A stretch of DNA of 64,000 nt from Balanoglossus misakiensis (Eukaryota; Animalia; Hemichordata), in assembly GCA_040954595.2 (NCBI GenBank), contig CM082582.2, positions 8,514,425-8,578,424 of the forward strand. Reading direction: 5' to 3'. Under the pieces are notes generated by a model. That model made no database searches. It saw only the letters and a program-made list of their open reading frames with translations, and was not told where the DNA came from. The number at the start of each line of letters is the position of its first letter. Position 1 is the stretch's first letter. A program made the translations under genes and the position numbers. Below are positions 29,401-43,422 of this stretch, piece by piece.

Positions 29401-31033
29401 CTTCCGACTGAAGCCCAACTTGGAGAAAGCCTGCAGTAAGGACATTCCCAAATTCTGCCAGGAAGAAATCAATTCCATGGACGCTGGGGGGACTGCCGTC
29501 GAGTACGAGGGAAAGGTGGTCAACTGCTTGAAGGAGAAATTCCGTAAAAATGTAAGACGTGCTGGAAGTGTTCAAATTTCTTGGAATTCTTGGCGTCAGA
29601 GATCAATTTTCCTCATGCAAAGTTCATTAAGATTGTTATTCTACCGAATTTGATCCTTTTATCAATATGATTTGGTACAATCCTATTGTTTTGGAGATAA
29701 ACATGGGCAAATGGCTTAATATACTTGCTACATTGAAATCTGTCTCAAGGACTTTCCATTTTGGATTTTTTTTAAAGCCATGAGTTGTTTAAAAGAAATT
29801 TATCTATCTTGACACAGACATTCTGTTGCGTTCCTAAAAACATTTCAAATCCTCTTCCGTCCACACACAGCGCTTATCACCAGACTGTGAAGGCCAGATC
29901 CGTATTCTGATGCAAGAAGCAGCCATGGACTATCGTATGGACCCCGTTCTGAAGGGAGCCTGCGGAGACACCATACGTCTCCTGTGCTCCGAGGAGCTTG
30001 AACAACCGGGATCAGGCAAAGTGGAGGACTGCCTCAAAGCGAACCTTTACAAGGAGAAGATTGAGTCAACAGAGTGTAAGAAGGTGGGTAATCAGTCTGT
30101 TAAACGCAGTTTCTGATTGGTTAATTGTACATCTCATTAATTTGAATAAATTATTAAGCCAATGAGAATGCCTGTTTTATGTCTTCTGTCAGTGGTGTTT
30201 TTTGCGTTACCGGTAGTTCACTTCACATCTCATGACACACTTTTCAATCAAACTCCGTCAATATGTTAATATTTCCAGCAAATTGTCCGGCTTCTTCAAG
30301 AAGGAAAAGCTGACATCCACGTAGATCCTCTTCTGTACAAGACGTGTGCATTGGACATCAAACATTTCTGTGTCGGCATACCGCCTGGCGAAGGACGACG
30401 TAAGTATCTCCTTCAAGTTTTAGGCCATTTGGTTTTGATTCTGTATCTGTAGATTGAATACTGACAGTGCAAGGATTGGTTCTCAAATTTATTTATTTTT
30501 TATTGTCAGAAATGTCGTGTCTGCTTGAAGCTTTGGAGGACCGAAATATAAGACTTAACGAAGAATGCAGGAAGATGCTGAGAGAAAGAGTGGAGATGTG
30601 GGAATACGCTGCCAAGGTAAGACGAGCAGATGGCAGGAGTCAGACATAGGGGGCGCTGTTGATGATGTGCCAGCTGTACCCTACTGTTTAATTTCAGAGA
30701 ACAAACTTTGTGTTAACCCCAATCTGAGTTTTAAGTGTGATCAGGCAGTAAATGGACTCTGTATTTTAGGATCACTGATATTATGAAGAGCACAATACAG
30801 ATCTTTCTGAAATACCTAATAGCATAATTTGTCATCTTCATTATTATCATAATTGTTTTTCACAGGTTGCTCCGATCGAGACGATCAACGATCTGGCCAA
30901 GTCGATTCAAAACTCGCCTTCTCGGAATTACTACTTATTGGTGCTTCTCTGTGCCATCGGAATACTCTTCTTCAGTGGTTTGTTTTGTGGCAGAGCTACC
31001 AAAAGAATTAGGGCGGAACTCAAAAACAAATGA
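17424..31033 (+). CDS. GLG1: Golgi apparatus protein 1 (cysteine-rich FGF receptor / ESL-1 / MG-160), ~1227 aa, 23 coding exons
   Basis: Exons 17424-18023, 19647-19679, 22377-22463, 22685-22897, 23266-23514, 23611-23791, 23911-24119, 24354-24475, 24635-24736, 24853-25018, 25140-25277, 25508-25657, 27666-27779, 27878-27966, 28105-28219, 28558-28650, 28817-28954, 29093-29172, 29356-29551, 29871-30083, 30279-30399, 30510-30616, 30866-31033. Signal peptide, Cys-rich GLG1 repeats (e.g. DRALFFACRNDRERFC, GKVYKCL), TM helix and short tail GRATKRIRAELKNK*. Confidence 0.95.
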
Positions 31034-34000
31034 GGAGACTGTTTCTTAGGATTTCTTCATGGAGGAGGGGGTTGTGAGGGAATGGACGGGGTTGGGAGTC
31101 AAGTTGGGAGAGGGAGGGAACGGGAAGAGAGGGGTTGGGCAAAATAGATGAATATTGTTACAAGTCAGTATGTAGTTATAGATAATTTAACAAAAACATG
31201 TACATGACATGTAACTGAGTATGTGTATAGTGAGGTAGGAATTAAAGTTGTACTGGCTGTTGTCGTACTGGGTGTAGATTTTTTGAGGCCAGGTACTCAT
31301 TTGATGGCATTGCCTGTACTATAATATTGGCATTATTTTCTAACAGAAATATGCATCTGTGTAATGTTATGGAAGATGGATTTTAGGATAATGCTATCAC
31401 GTTTGATGTTTCTCTTAATTTTGAAGTGTATCGACCTTTGACAGTTTTGCACGTTAGTTTGATACCGAGTCTTTGTGAAGCCGCTGTTCTTTCCAGTCGA
31501 CATATCAATGCAGCAACATCCCTCACGACTTCTTTCTTCCTTGACATCAACTTGCATGTAAAGTATAAAAAGCAACCGGCTCGAAAAATATTCTGTAATT
31601 GCAACCATATCCATGCAATAATTTTAAGAAGAACATTGCTATAGTGTGTTTCAATCTACAGTTCTTATTGCCAAAACTTCTGATAAATAATAGCCAGTAC
31701 AACTTTAATGCTCCAGTTTTACCATTTCAAAAAAACAGTGTCCTATTTCCTCAAGAGTACTTGCTGGTTTGAATTTTTTTAATATTTTAATATGCTTCAT
31801 GGTTCGTAACTTTTGATATGAAATCTGTATTTGGTTTTGGCATTGACCTTTATGAAAAAGACGTTTTCAGGAGGGTCTGTGGTTTGGGGTTCATTTTTAT
31901 GGCCGATGTATTCAGTGTGGAGAGGTTTGGAACATCCAGAACAATGGCGTTGAAAGTCATGGAATTTTTTTTTCTGTAAAAAGCATGCAAAATTTTGTAT
32001 TTCTTTCCAGGCTACAGCCAGAATTAAATGACATCTCATTGTGTTATAAATGTCAACATCAATGCTATTTAATGCACTATTAAAACCTCCAAGTGTGACC
32101 TGCAGAAAATGGTCTGCATGACATCATAGGTCACAGAGAGGTCAAGATGCAAAGAGTTTTGCATTTCTGACTTGCCATGGGACTACGCCATAAAAAGTCT
32201 GTGGTGTGCAAAATAACAGCGGTGAATTGACGCAGACTTTGTCGCCTATGCATACCAGTTTTACTGGCGAGACCACACTCGATTCTTTTTTTCGTCAAAC
32301 TTGACATTTTTTGCATGTTTTAAAAGCGGTCAAACAATCTCAAGGTTTGTGAAAATAAGTAAAATAATAATCGTCGCAGACTTGAGGAAATTTTTTGGCA
32401 AACATTGATATTATTACTCTAATTCTTCAAACAATGAATTTCATTAAAATATAAAGATCTGATGGTTTTTTTAAACATTCTTCTTGCAATCATTTTTTGG
32501 GGAATTTCTGTTTTTTTTTTTCAAATCCGTCACTTTTTGACGATGGCGGCTATATCACAAAGCAACAGATAGTCCCTTTTTGGAGCAAATTTTATGACCT
32601 TGGCAGTGGTGTGTGTACAAGTCTTGTGACAATAAATGTTCCTCTGCGCGTAAGAATTTAAAAAAAATTGTCTTGGGTTATTTTTTTGGTCTCCTTGGCA
32701 GTTTTTGTCTTTGGTTATTTTCTGTAGGGGCTGTGTGCATGGTAAAAAACTTGCTACAACCATTTTTGGAGCCACATTTTTCATATTTATTTGTAATATT
32801 TTTCAGGGATTTTGTCATCCTGAAAACGTGTTAATGACACTGTGAAAAATGATTGAAATTGAATCAGTGGGTTTTGAGTGATCAGAACAATAAAGAAAAA
32901 AAAATTTGTACCGGTATATCTTTAAGCAGCTCGAGTATGTGTCTGGAAGCAGATTTAGTAATTGGTGTTTTCTCGTGCATTTTTTTCTTTCAATGTTTAG
33001 TTTTTGTACTCTCTCTCTCGGACATAAATATATTTTTGAAAGGTAGAAATTTCCCCCAAGGGTAAGCCATGGCTTCCTACTCGGAATACTGATATATGAA
33101 AAGTACAGGTGTATTTTAGTGATTAAAAATCTAAAATTGATGGGAGGGGTTACGATAGAGGTTGTCAGGGTAACGAAACGGCTGCTATGGTCATCGCAGA
33201 AAATCGGCAAAAATCACTATGTATTTCGAAGTGAAACTGCATAAAATGCAATTTCGGCGCATTCAAGTTTGTTTTTGTTTTTTTTCTGCACCATACGTTG
33301 CACTTTTCTGTACCTTACTATATTTATAGCTGTATTTTTCTATGTAGAAAATATGTATTTTATTTGAAGCACATAATGCAAGGTGGATTTCATTTTGTGT
33401 GGACTATATTTTGGGTAGGGAGATAGTTGAGCTTAGACAGATGCTGCATTGTCTGCTTTGTTTATTCATACATATCACAGAAAGCAGTAGATCTTAGAAA
33501 TTTGGGTTTTCCAGAAAGTGTTCTGAGCAATGCATAGTCTTTTTATTTAAAAATTGACCCTTTCCTTCAATTTTGTAATTTTTCTTTCCGTGACAATGAC
33601 ATCATACGGATTTGACAAAAGTGGGTCCGTGCTAATCTGTCATTTAGATAATTCCAATCAAAAATTCTACTATTCGTATTGCTTGTATTCATTGTAGGGT
33701 CGTGTTCGCGCATTTCAAATTTCTTATTGTATATTTGGAGGCAAGGCTCGAAGACCATTTCCAAGAAAAGATTCAAAATTTCCATTGAATGCAGGCCTTT
33801 GCGTGTTGAATCTCCTGGGATTTTTAGACTATGCCGTTTCAAAGTGTTCTGCATGTTGTATTAAATTCTTCTCAAAAAATTCCTTGTCTCTGCGTTTGTG
33901 AGTCATTGAGGGTTACAAGTCTGTTCAGGATGACTGGCAAATGAAATGTATAATTTGGTTTCACATTTCACCTAATAAAATGATTTAGAATGGCAACAAG

Positions 34001-36511
34001 TGGTGTGTCTACATTCCCGTTTTTTTTTCTCTCTCGATAAGGAATGGAACATTCATATCGCATACAACGCGCCAACAGGAAAAGCGACTAGGTTTCTGTA
34101 CACACATACATACGATATGAATATTCAGGATTAAGACGAGGGCGCGTATAGAACATGCAGAAGCGCATACGAACTCGCAATTACATTCAAAATACATATT
34201 CTGTACATGGTATGTATGCGTATAGAACATTATATTGATGCGACACTAATTTGATTGACAGACATAACCGGTTTGAATGTTCTCCGAGCTTTCCCTGGTA
34301 ATACCACTTGAGGGCGTTTACAGAATCGGCAAGACTGTGCGATTAGCGTCGCGTCCACTGGACGTTCTATACGCAACACAGACGCACATTTCAGTATCAC
34401 AGTCTTGGAACAAGACTAACACACACAAAATCTGGACAGTCATTGACTGCTGACCTAATCAGCCATGTTTATTTGTGAAACGGGCACAGGACAGTAGATA
34501 TTTAAAACTGATTTTCTCTCGACACAAAAAAAAATCCACAGCGCGCTTAGAAAATTGTTTTACAAGAACTGAACTCATGACAATATTGAAGCATGTTGTA
34601 TTGGTCTTGCTGCTAAAGTTGTCTGAAATCCTGAGAGGGCATTCAGATGACTGGTAAATGTCTACAATCGATAAAGTGGCTTGTGTTTATCAGTCCACTC
34701 GAAAGGAAAGACTTGCGACTGGTTGGCCTTACATGTATGTATGTATGTACAAAAAAAGCTGTGTGCATCCCTAATAAAACTCCCTTATTGGGAGCAATGA
34801 AAAGTCAGTTTTAACTACCTACTTCCCCCCAAAAGAACTAACGTCCTCGTAGCATGACACGCTAAACACTCTCTCCTTCAGGTCTTGTACTTGTAACCAG
34901 GGGTTGCGCGTCCCGTTTGATTGGACTTCCCCTCCGCAACAAACCACTTTTTGAAATCAACTTTCCGTTGATATTATCAGCTGAAATGTCGGTGTTATAA
35001 AATAGACCTAACAAAATGAACAGCCTGGTTGGAAAAGATGAAGTGTTTGTCAAACACTGAGTGGAAAAATAAATTGTGGAGTTTACTACAATTATCACAT
35101 CATAAAAATCCAGTTCCACGTTCTGGGTCTAGCTTTAACTGGAGCACATATTAAGCTGTGAATACTGTACAGCAAAACTGAATTCATTTGATTGAATAAA
35201 CCAGAATGTGGAGATATGATCTATACAAGTGTGAATGTAATATTATTTTGACATCTCAGAACACTGCAGCATGTTTTTGTATGTTGGGTGTTATACATGG
35301 TCTAATCACTGAATGTTTTGCAGCTCCTGAGATGACAGGCTCTTCTCTGACTTCGACGACTGGCATGGAAGTTGTAAAAAGACGGCAAATCTGGTCTGTA
35401 TCCCTTTTACAGTTTTCACTGCCATCTCATTGTTGATATGAGCGCGCCTGTCGACCAGTCGCGTTTTAATACAAACACCTGGACCCTGTCAAATCTCCAC
35501 ACCTCAAATCTCGCTTTGCAATCACCAAGAGCAGAAGGCACTTAAACACACATGGGCATGGCAACAAGACCAAGTTTCCAGATTATATTAAATTTTAGTA
35601 CTTCCACAGACCAGACATGTTTCTGTCTCAAACGCAAGAGGACAAATGTGGTGCGGGGCCATTTCCTCCCGCGCCTCCCAACTTCCGGAGACCCCACATG
35701 TACATCAGCGATCTAGAAAGATGAGATAATTTACAAGTCTCGATAAAATAAATGTGATAAAGCTCACTGAACTGTGTGTATCACCAGTTCGGCACAGAAA
35801 ACTTTCCCAGTCAATTCTAGCGTGGCGAAATCCTGTTTACAAATGTTAAAATATAAGTTGTATCGTATGCTTTTTGAGTCATCAATGTAGTATACGGCAA
35901 AAAATGTGCGATTTCTGCCAAAAAGCAATGCCATTTCTATTCGTTGTTGCCAACAGTATAAGCCAAGGTAAAACTTATTTTTAGGCTTTTTATACAACAT
36001 TTTTCTCTTTATCCAATACTTTATAAACATGAACAAAAATACAATCTTCTGGAAGGTTTCATAAGTAGCTTAATTGCTATACACAAAATTTAAGTTAACA
36101 TTTTTTGCTTTTACTTTTTTTTCTCGGTACATGTCTGCTCACTAAATTATCTGTTCCCAAAACATAAAAATAAAGTCTTCAAGATCCATAGGAGTGGCGA
36201 TGAGGAAAGTCCATGCACAATGGACCCCCAGAGTCCCAATAGGAAAAAAGCTGCTGTTTTCAGTCTTGGTAAAGAAGGGGGGACATTTTCCCTGAATGAG
36301 TCTGTGAAGAGAACAGATAGATTTAGGATTAAAGGTATACATGGGACACCTATGCAAATTGTCAGTTACCATGGTAACTGGCGATCTAACCAATCATAAT
36401 GGGTGGTGATACGAAAAAGTGCACGGCCGCAGCATATATACAAATAAATGAAATAGGAGCAAAAAGTCGCCTTCAGCGCTTAATCATACCTATTTTTATT
36501 CACTATCTGTG

Positions 36512-39500
36512 TTACACTGCTTCGTTTTCAGCAGTATTTCGACGGTTTCCAGCATCTTGACGCGCTCTGTAGCCCCATCTCTGGTAATTCCCTCTGTACC
36601 CGTAACCGCCGCCGCCGCCACCACCTCTGTAACCTCCTCTATAGTTGCTACCGTAGCCTCCGTAATATCCCTGATAGCCTCCGCGTCCGCGATATCCGCG
36701 ACCACGCCCTCTCCCCTTGCGTCCATCCACAGGAACTCCAAACGTTTCGGCGTTGAGAACTCTCTCCTCTCTCCATGAGGAACGACCTCTGGCACTTCTG
36801 AAAATAAATCGAGACAAGTATGTCATTTACAGTGGTTTGTTTTGCCAATGGAACAAACAGCTTGGACAGACAAAATCAATATGTTTCCCTGACTATGCCT
36901 ACAGGGACCAGAAACCCAAGTTTGTTAGTTTTTATTAGGCTACAGCGGCAACCAGTCCAGTGCATACTTCAATAGGTTTCGCCAACAGAGGAAGAACAGA
37001 AAACAAAACCTACCCTTTATTCTTCTCTCTTTCTACTGATTCGCATGAAATCATATCAAAGAATGATTTTGTCTTGTCATAATAAATCACATCATCATCT
37101 TCTTCCTGAGGTTCTTCTGTTGTTGATGATGACGTTGTTGCTGTTGTTGTCGTCGTCGTTGCTGCTTCATTCTCTTCTCCGTTCACCACTTTATTATCAC
37201 CTGCAAGTTTTTGTATACGCACAACTTTGTGATACCAGAACTACAGATACACCTTTTTGCCATTCAAATGAGAACAGACATCTCTTAATATTCTTAATAC
37301 CTTTTCCACTGAAATGGATCAGATTTCATCGACTTACTTATTTTCATTTTATGCTGAAACTCGTCCTCAATGGCTTCCTTGTTAAATTTTGCATTGGAGC
37401 TCTCAAAGTCGAAGTCCTGTTCAAATTTGACTGGGTCTGACCTGGGTTTCATCTGACCTGTACGATTGTTAGACCTCCCGCGACCTCTTTTACCACCCCC
37501 TGTGAAAAAAAAACACGAAAAAACATTTATATATATTTGGGTAGTTGGGACATACTTGGGTGGCATTCACAGTCAAACTATTTTAACAATAGATAAATTA
37601 AGAAGTTATGAAAGTACTCGTTAAAAGTTTAATTAAAAAAAGTTCTGGGTGAAAATCAAAAGATTTACAAGCCCCAAAACACAAGAAGATTGAATTTCAT
37701 GGAGCAAGTGTAGAGACACTATCTGACAGTTCCTTCACTAAGGCATTTCAGTAAAACCCCTGGACATGCTTTTGCCAAATACACCTCACAAGCTATCGAA
37801 AATTACCACATCAAGAGAAGAAACATCCGTTATACTTCACCTTGTCTTTGGTGCTCTTTGTCTCTGTGATTTTCCCTTTGGTGTTGGTGTTCTCTGTTGT
37901 CTCTCTGCTGGTCCCTTCTCTTGTCTCTGCTGGATCCGGATCCCCGGCTGGAAGGCCTCTCTTCCCGAGACTCTCTCCTCGGTCTGGCCTCTTCCCTCTG
38001 CTCCTTTTCCTGCTTGGGCGACTCCGTAGCCTGCACTGCCTGTTCCATTGTCGGCGACTTCCTCGTTACTGTAGCCGGAGGTGTCACTCGCCCTGGAAAC
38101 GACCGTCAAGATTATGCTAGTGGCTCTTAATGTTCTGAATCAGATTCTCACAATTTGCTTTCATTCATGATCTGGAAGCAGATCTTGTAGGAGATATACG
38201 GCATACAACACTGCATAGGTATTACTGAGAATAATGGCACTAGTTTTGATCCTCGAAAGTACAAGCCAATAGCATCAGTCAGAGTTTCTGCCTCTCAGCT
38301 AAAAACTGAAATTGCAATAACAGTTTGGACAGCACCACCATCCACTATTTAGCTAATTATTTTAGACCATGATGATTCTGATTGGTCCATTACTCTCTGC
38401 ACTCATGGAAAGGTGTGCGACAGACCATATGTCTGTCTGCATCTCTAAACTATGGTATGGACATGCAAAGCTGACTCTAATAAGAAACTGTTGACTCATA
38501 GCTGACCACACTGTAGTCAGACTAACCTGCACTTGGTGGCATGTGTTGTGGCATTGGTTGGTTAGGCATCATACCTGGTGCATACTGGTAGGGCAGCCCA
38601 CTGAACGGTCCGAACCCCGGTGCTGGACCGTAGCCTGTAGTACTAGGGGTTTGGAATGATCCCATTGTTTGCACTGGGCCTGATTGCTGAATAATGGGGG
38701 GAAAAACAAAACTCAATGAATAACGGGACAAAATCGAAATTCTATAAGATGACATGACTTCCTTTTTTGTTCAAAATGGACACTGCAACATTTTGAGAGC
38801 ACTGTATAATAATGTTACCGTCCCCACCTGCTGTATCTCTGTGTAAAATTTTCTTTATACCACAACCAGTACGCCACAGTAAACAGTGGAGATACATGCA
38901 AGAGAAAGCATCTATTCACGAGGATGAACCACTGCACTGTACCAACCTGTATGATTGCAGGGTCCTGAGGAGGCAGTGGAGGAGTAGGTTTTGGTGCTTC
39001 ACACACATGAAGATCTTTGATATCCCGACCACGAAATATTATGTACTCGTACACTTCATCCCTGGCTGCCATAGGCCGATCTGTAGGCCTGTCCTCTGTT
39101 CCGAATGACCGGACTGAAATTTAATTGTAAACATTCACAATAAGACTTTTGCGGACAAAAGAGAAATCCTTTCCATTAGAACATACTTTTGTACATGATG
39201 TATGTTATTATATGTCAATGGGTAGAGTGTATATAGGCAGCAATGCATTAATTATGTGGCAGCATATTGCAAAAATAAACAAACCTCATATCATACGTTT
39301 AACCGAAAATGATGACTGCACTTTGATTGAGAGACTAGTGCATATTAAGGTGCTGGTGTAGTGTATGTACATAAGGAAACAGGTTGCACTGGGTCTTTAA
39401 TCCAGAGGACAGTCTAACCAATGGGGCTTTACCTCATTCCAGAAAAGTACAAGGCCAACGGTGACTGCGTAAAAATGGGGTTTTGATAACGCGACCTGAT

Positions 39501-40023
39501 TCGAATATCTCGCATATAAATATGATTTTTTACTCTGTTTATAATATATTCTCATGAATATTTGGCGCTCACAGTTTAGCAACTTATGTCATGGCATGTT
39601 TTCTACGTCAGAAAAAGAACGAATGGCGATAACGAAAATGAAAACTGGGTACATCAATTATCAGGAAACTACTGGTATACTACTGCTCACGTACTAGGAC
39701 ATACGAGCAAAAAATACAAAAACACGTTATGCATTCGTCAAATTTACAATAATAATAACGCATGCACTGACTTGTGGGGCCAGAATTCCATTCCAAACCC
39801 AACCGTCACTGTCCTAACAGGCATTGCTGCATACAGTCTCGTAACGGTCTGTCCTGAATACGAGGTGGTGTCAATTGTTTTGTTGTTTTGCAATGTACAT
39901 ACCTTTCGCGAGAGCCACAGTCGACTCCTTCGTATCGATTGTGTATAAAATCCCTTCATAGCGAATTTCAGCTTTCGAAATTAGGCTTATTTTGCTGCCA
40001 ATATACGGCGTACCCCCACTCAT
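36512..40023 (-). CDS. LSM14: LSM14 (RAP55/Trailer hitch/Scd6) P-body mRNA repressor
   Basis: Exons 40023-39903 ([30 protein letters not shown]), 39113-38947 ([30 protein letters not shown]), 38686-38527, 38092-37841, 37499-37338 (FDF motif [16 protein letters not shown]), 37200-37014 (FFD box [14 protein letters not shown]), 36797-36512 (TFG box [13 protein letters not shown] plus RGG tail). Confidence 0.95.
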
Positions 40024-41338
40024 CCTGAGTGCGAGCCGTTGACAGGCTAATTTTTCAGGATGACAACGGATGGCAAACCGAAACTCATACGCTGGGATTC
40101 TCCTTAGAGAAGATAATGGCGGATATGGCTTCCTGAACCCCTAAGTTTGGTGTTATTATCAAGCGTTCGCAATATTATGGCAATACGTGCGAAATATTTT
40201 AGGCAGTTTCTGCTGTTAAATGGAAATTGAAAGAACTAAAATATCCACCAGATCGTCAAAATGATTGCATGAGTAAAAGGACAGTGCACGATATTAATCG
40301 GGATAAAGTCAAATTAAAAGCGGCCATATCGATAACCTAAATGATTCAGGGGTTCTCAGTCTGTATTACTGTATTACTGTGGCCCAGGGTACGGTACAGA
40401 GTATAAGTTTTTTTCGGGCCATAGTTAGGTTTTATACCAATTTAATAACCATATTTTATAATTTATAAGCTTTATTTGGGATCGCACTTATTGTACTTCG
40501 TGCATGTTTTGTTATTGGGCCAGCGCGTCATGTGAAATATTCTGCTAAAACACAATGCACAAGAAATTTAAACTTTGCTTTTGGTCTGGAAGAGAAAAAA
40601 TTGCCTTAAAATATGATTTGAATTTTAAAACTACAGTGACCATGAATGCAGTGGTAAGCAATAATAATAAGTAGGGTGTAACTTTCTCATGTACGTCGCT
40701 GAATTAACTTAACCCCAAAAAGTGTCATTTATGCGACCATGTACCAAAAGGACCACAAACTCCCAAATAAACCGTTCATCTATGCAAGCAAGTAAGGTAA
40801 CTTCCATCACCAACAAAATGGTGCACTGAATATAGATTGCGTCAAAAATTAGTACTATTGTGTTCAGCACAAACGTTATCACAAGGTCCTAGGTAGCACA
40901 CCACACGCACGCCACTCGTGCATCTCACTTTGCATGCAACAGCTCAGTAGAAATCGAATGCCATGTTTGAGGGCGCTATGCACACATAGCGTTGCATTGT
41001 CTATGAATTATGGGTACTACGTGAACACATCATTCAATCATTGCATGATCAATTCAACCGCAAATTCAACCACAGTACCCAAGAGAAGGTTTATAATGCA
41101 GGGCTATTTGCCTTTTCAATTATTTAACTTAGAAGCTATCTTATCACTGCAACAGAAGATCTCGTGCTTGGTCTTCATCCCCTACGACAGACAACACATG
41201 TCCGATTGTCCGTGGTGTCGGGGGAATAGTTGGCTTTGCGGTAACTTAATTACAGCTTTTCTGAGCTGCAACTATCTGAAATTTGCCGACCTAAAATATC
41301 TAATATTCTTGGTTTTGACAGATTTAGCAATAAGATGG

Positions 41339-41364
41339 TTCTCTCTCTCTCTCTCTCTCTCTCT
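41339..41364. repeat. (CT)n microsatellite
   Basis: About 12 CT units read directly. Confidence 0.85.
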
Positions 41365-43279
41365 AGTTGTCCTTCGCCTTCGGGACTGTGCATCTCTGCT
41401 GCTGCTGCATGGTTAGTTTAGGAGTAGAAGTGCTGTAACAGATCGAGGTATACTTAAAAACTGCTGCACACGCAGTTTATACAGGTGTTATAGTATCTGT
41501 ATACTGCGGGGACGGACAAGGGAATATCTGAACGACAGAGATGAAAATACCTAGCCGTTACATAGTGAATTTCCTACATTCCTGTGACGTCGACAGGGAA
41601 TGCAACAGAGGCAGCTGCATAGCCTAGGCCTACCCTTTAATACAGAAATGCGCTCTTTTTGATGGTCTGGGCCACCGGCATATCCTGCGCCCAGTGCTAT
41701 ATAGGTGAATTACAAAAGGTTACCGTCGTAAGACAAACTCCGAAAGCATGATAAACTGGAGGCATCAAACACCCAATGAAAAATACAAGGTTCGCGAAAA
41801 CGAAACAGTGGCAACTGCTGAAGTTATTCATCGGGCACATCAGATAAGTTCGGGTGAACGCGGTCTAAGTTATAGATTGAAATAAAGTCATCGTGTTATG
41901 TCATATCACGCGTGTATATATAAGTATCCTTAACAACCACAGTTTCAGTACTGTCATTTTCTTGCAATACCTCCAAATACATATAATGCCTATATTTAAT
42001 TCCACACTTGGCCTCAGAGTACAAAAGTGTCTATGCGGTCTTTCTTTGTGGCTATTTCTCCTTGACTCGGATTGGGCCTATAATCTCATATCGACCCATA
42101 TTCAAGTCTGAAGGTGAGTTAGGCTCAATTGGAAAAGTTTCCAACCTGGAAACTTTTCGGAATCCTCCACATACTTTCGCATCACAAGCGAGGGACACAT
42201 AATAACGAAATCATTGATGGTGTGACCGAGAAAACGGAAGAGATGGACAGTCGGTCATGCATTGCAACACAAGCCCTACAATGTGCGTGGGAAGGCATAG
42301 TCGTCGTCCTCAGGTACTAACTTGAAGTCGCTCCCACGTCATGCCACGTCATCGCATCATGACCATCACAGCTTTCGTGCAAAGGGAGAAGTCGTGGGGA
42401 TCTTTCCCATATGACATTAAATTTTTAAACGTGAAAGTAGGAGTTCAAGGAAAACTTGGTAATCGGATGGCATGTATTCTTTCATTTGGTCGCATCCAAT
42501 GTTCAAGCATCTTCTGTTAGACAGAGATCTAGCCCTTTAAAAACAGGACTTAGGCTGAATTCAACTCAACTTGCGGGTTACGCGCACGCTCTTTAATTTT
42601 TTCCCCGGAAAGACTCGCATGCATATGTGAAACGGAACGGCGAATAAAAATGTAGAAACTGCGTCACAAATCGCAAAAATATCATGTTTCCATCCTAAAT
42701 ATCAGTATCCTTTTGTGCGAACTACCTGTCAATATATACGGCTTCTATTCTGATGATCAACATGTTCTCTCTCTCAAGGCCCACCCATCGTTGTATTCAT
42801 TTCGTCTGCTAGACCAAGACAATACTCTGTTTCCTCCGACGACGCTCGTCAAATTTCTGACGTGAACTGTGACTGCAATAAAGGTGAAGTTAAGACGGTT
42901 TATTAAAGAAAGCTTTTCCGTTTGAAATGACGCCGTTTGTCGGGCATTAATATTGCTTGCGTTACGTTTTAGTTGCTGACTGCATGGTGTTATTCATTGA
43001 ATATGTGGTGGCGGTAACTCATCACATGTACGTGAATCCCTAGTTCAGCTTTTCCTAGTCTGCGTGGGATTTGGGGGAGTCGGATATCGCGAACATTTGT
43101 GGACATTTGGGAACAATCAACAGTGCCATAAAACACAAAACAAACATTTAGAGACACGTTTGTTTCGAAACACGAGTATCCTTACACGAGAAACGAAACA
43201 GAACACAACCAAAAACTCGCTTTTTACTGAAATTGAACTCAACTAGGTAGTCTTGTTTCTCGCGAGATTCCAAACAGAC

Positions 43280-43422
43280 GCATACCCGGAAGCATTTGAA
43301 ATTGCCGGCGGCAAACTTTCTTCAACGTCGCCATTTTTCCACGCTGGCCGTTTCCAGAATTTTCTAAAAAAATTCCCGGCTTAAATTGACTTTCTACTGT
43401 CAGAAAAAGTCGACTGGATAAG
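43280..43422 (+). promoter_or_regulatory. Probable promoter and non-coding first exon of the KCTD gene
   Basis: CpG-rich stretch with CCGGAAG (ETS-like) and CGCCATTTT (YY1). Donor AG|GTAGGG at 43423; matching acceptor before the KCTD CDS at 46482. Confidence 0.4.

Noticed and set aside
31790-33880. AT-rich segments that look like non-autonomous DNA transposon remnants (similar impressions at ~54400-54620, ~60900-61090, ~63250-64000)
   Set aside because: I could not define terminal inverted repeats, target-site duplications or a second copy within the window; a repeat-library search is needed.
41401-41417. ATG|GTTAGT as a possible alternative coding first exon spliced in frame to the KCTD acceptor
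   Set aside because: Compatible in frame, but there is no independent support from sequence alone.
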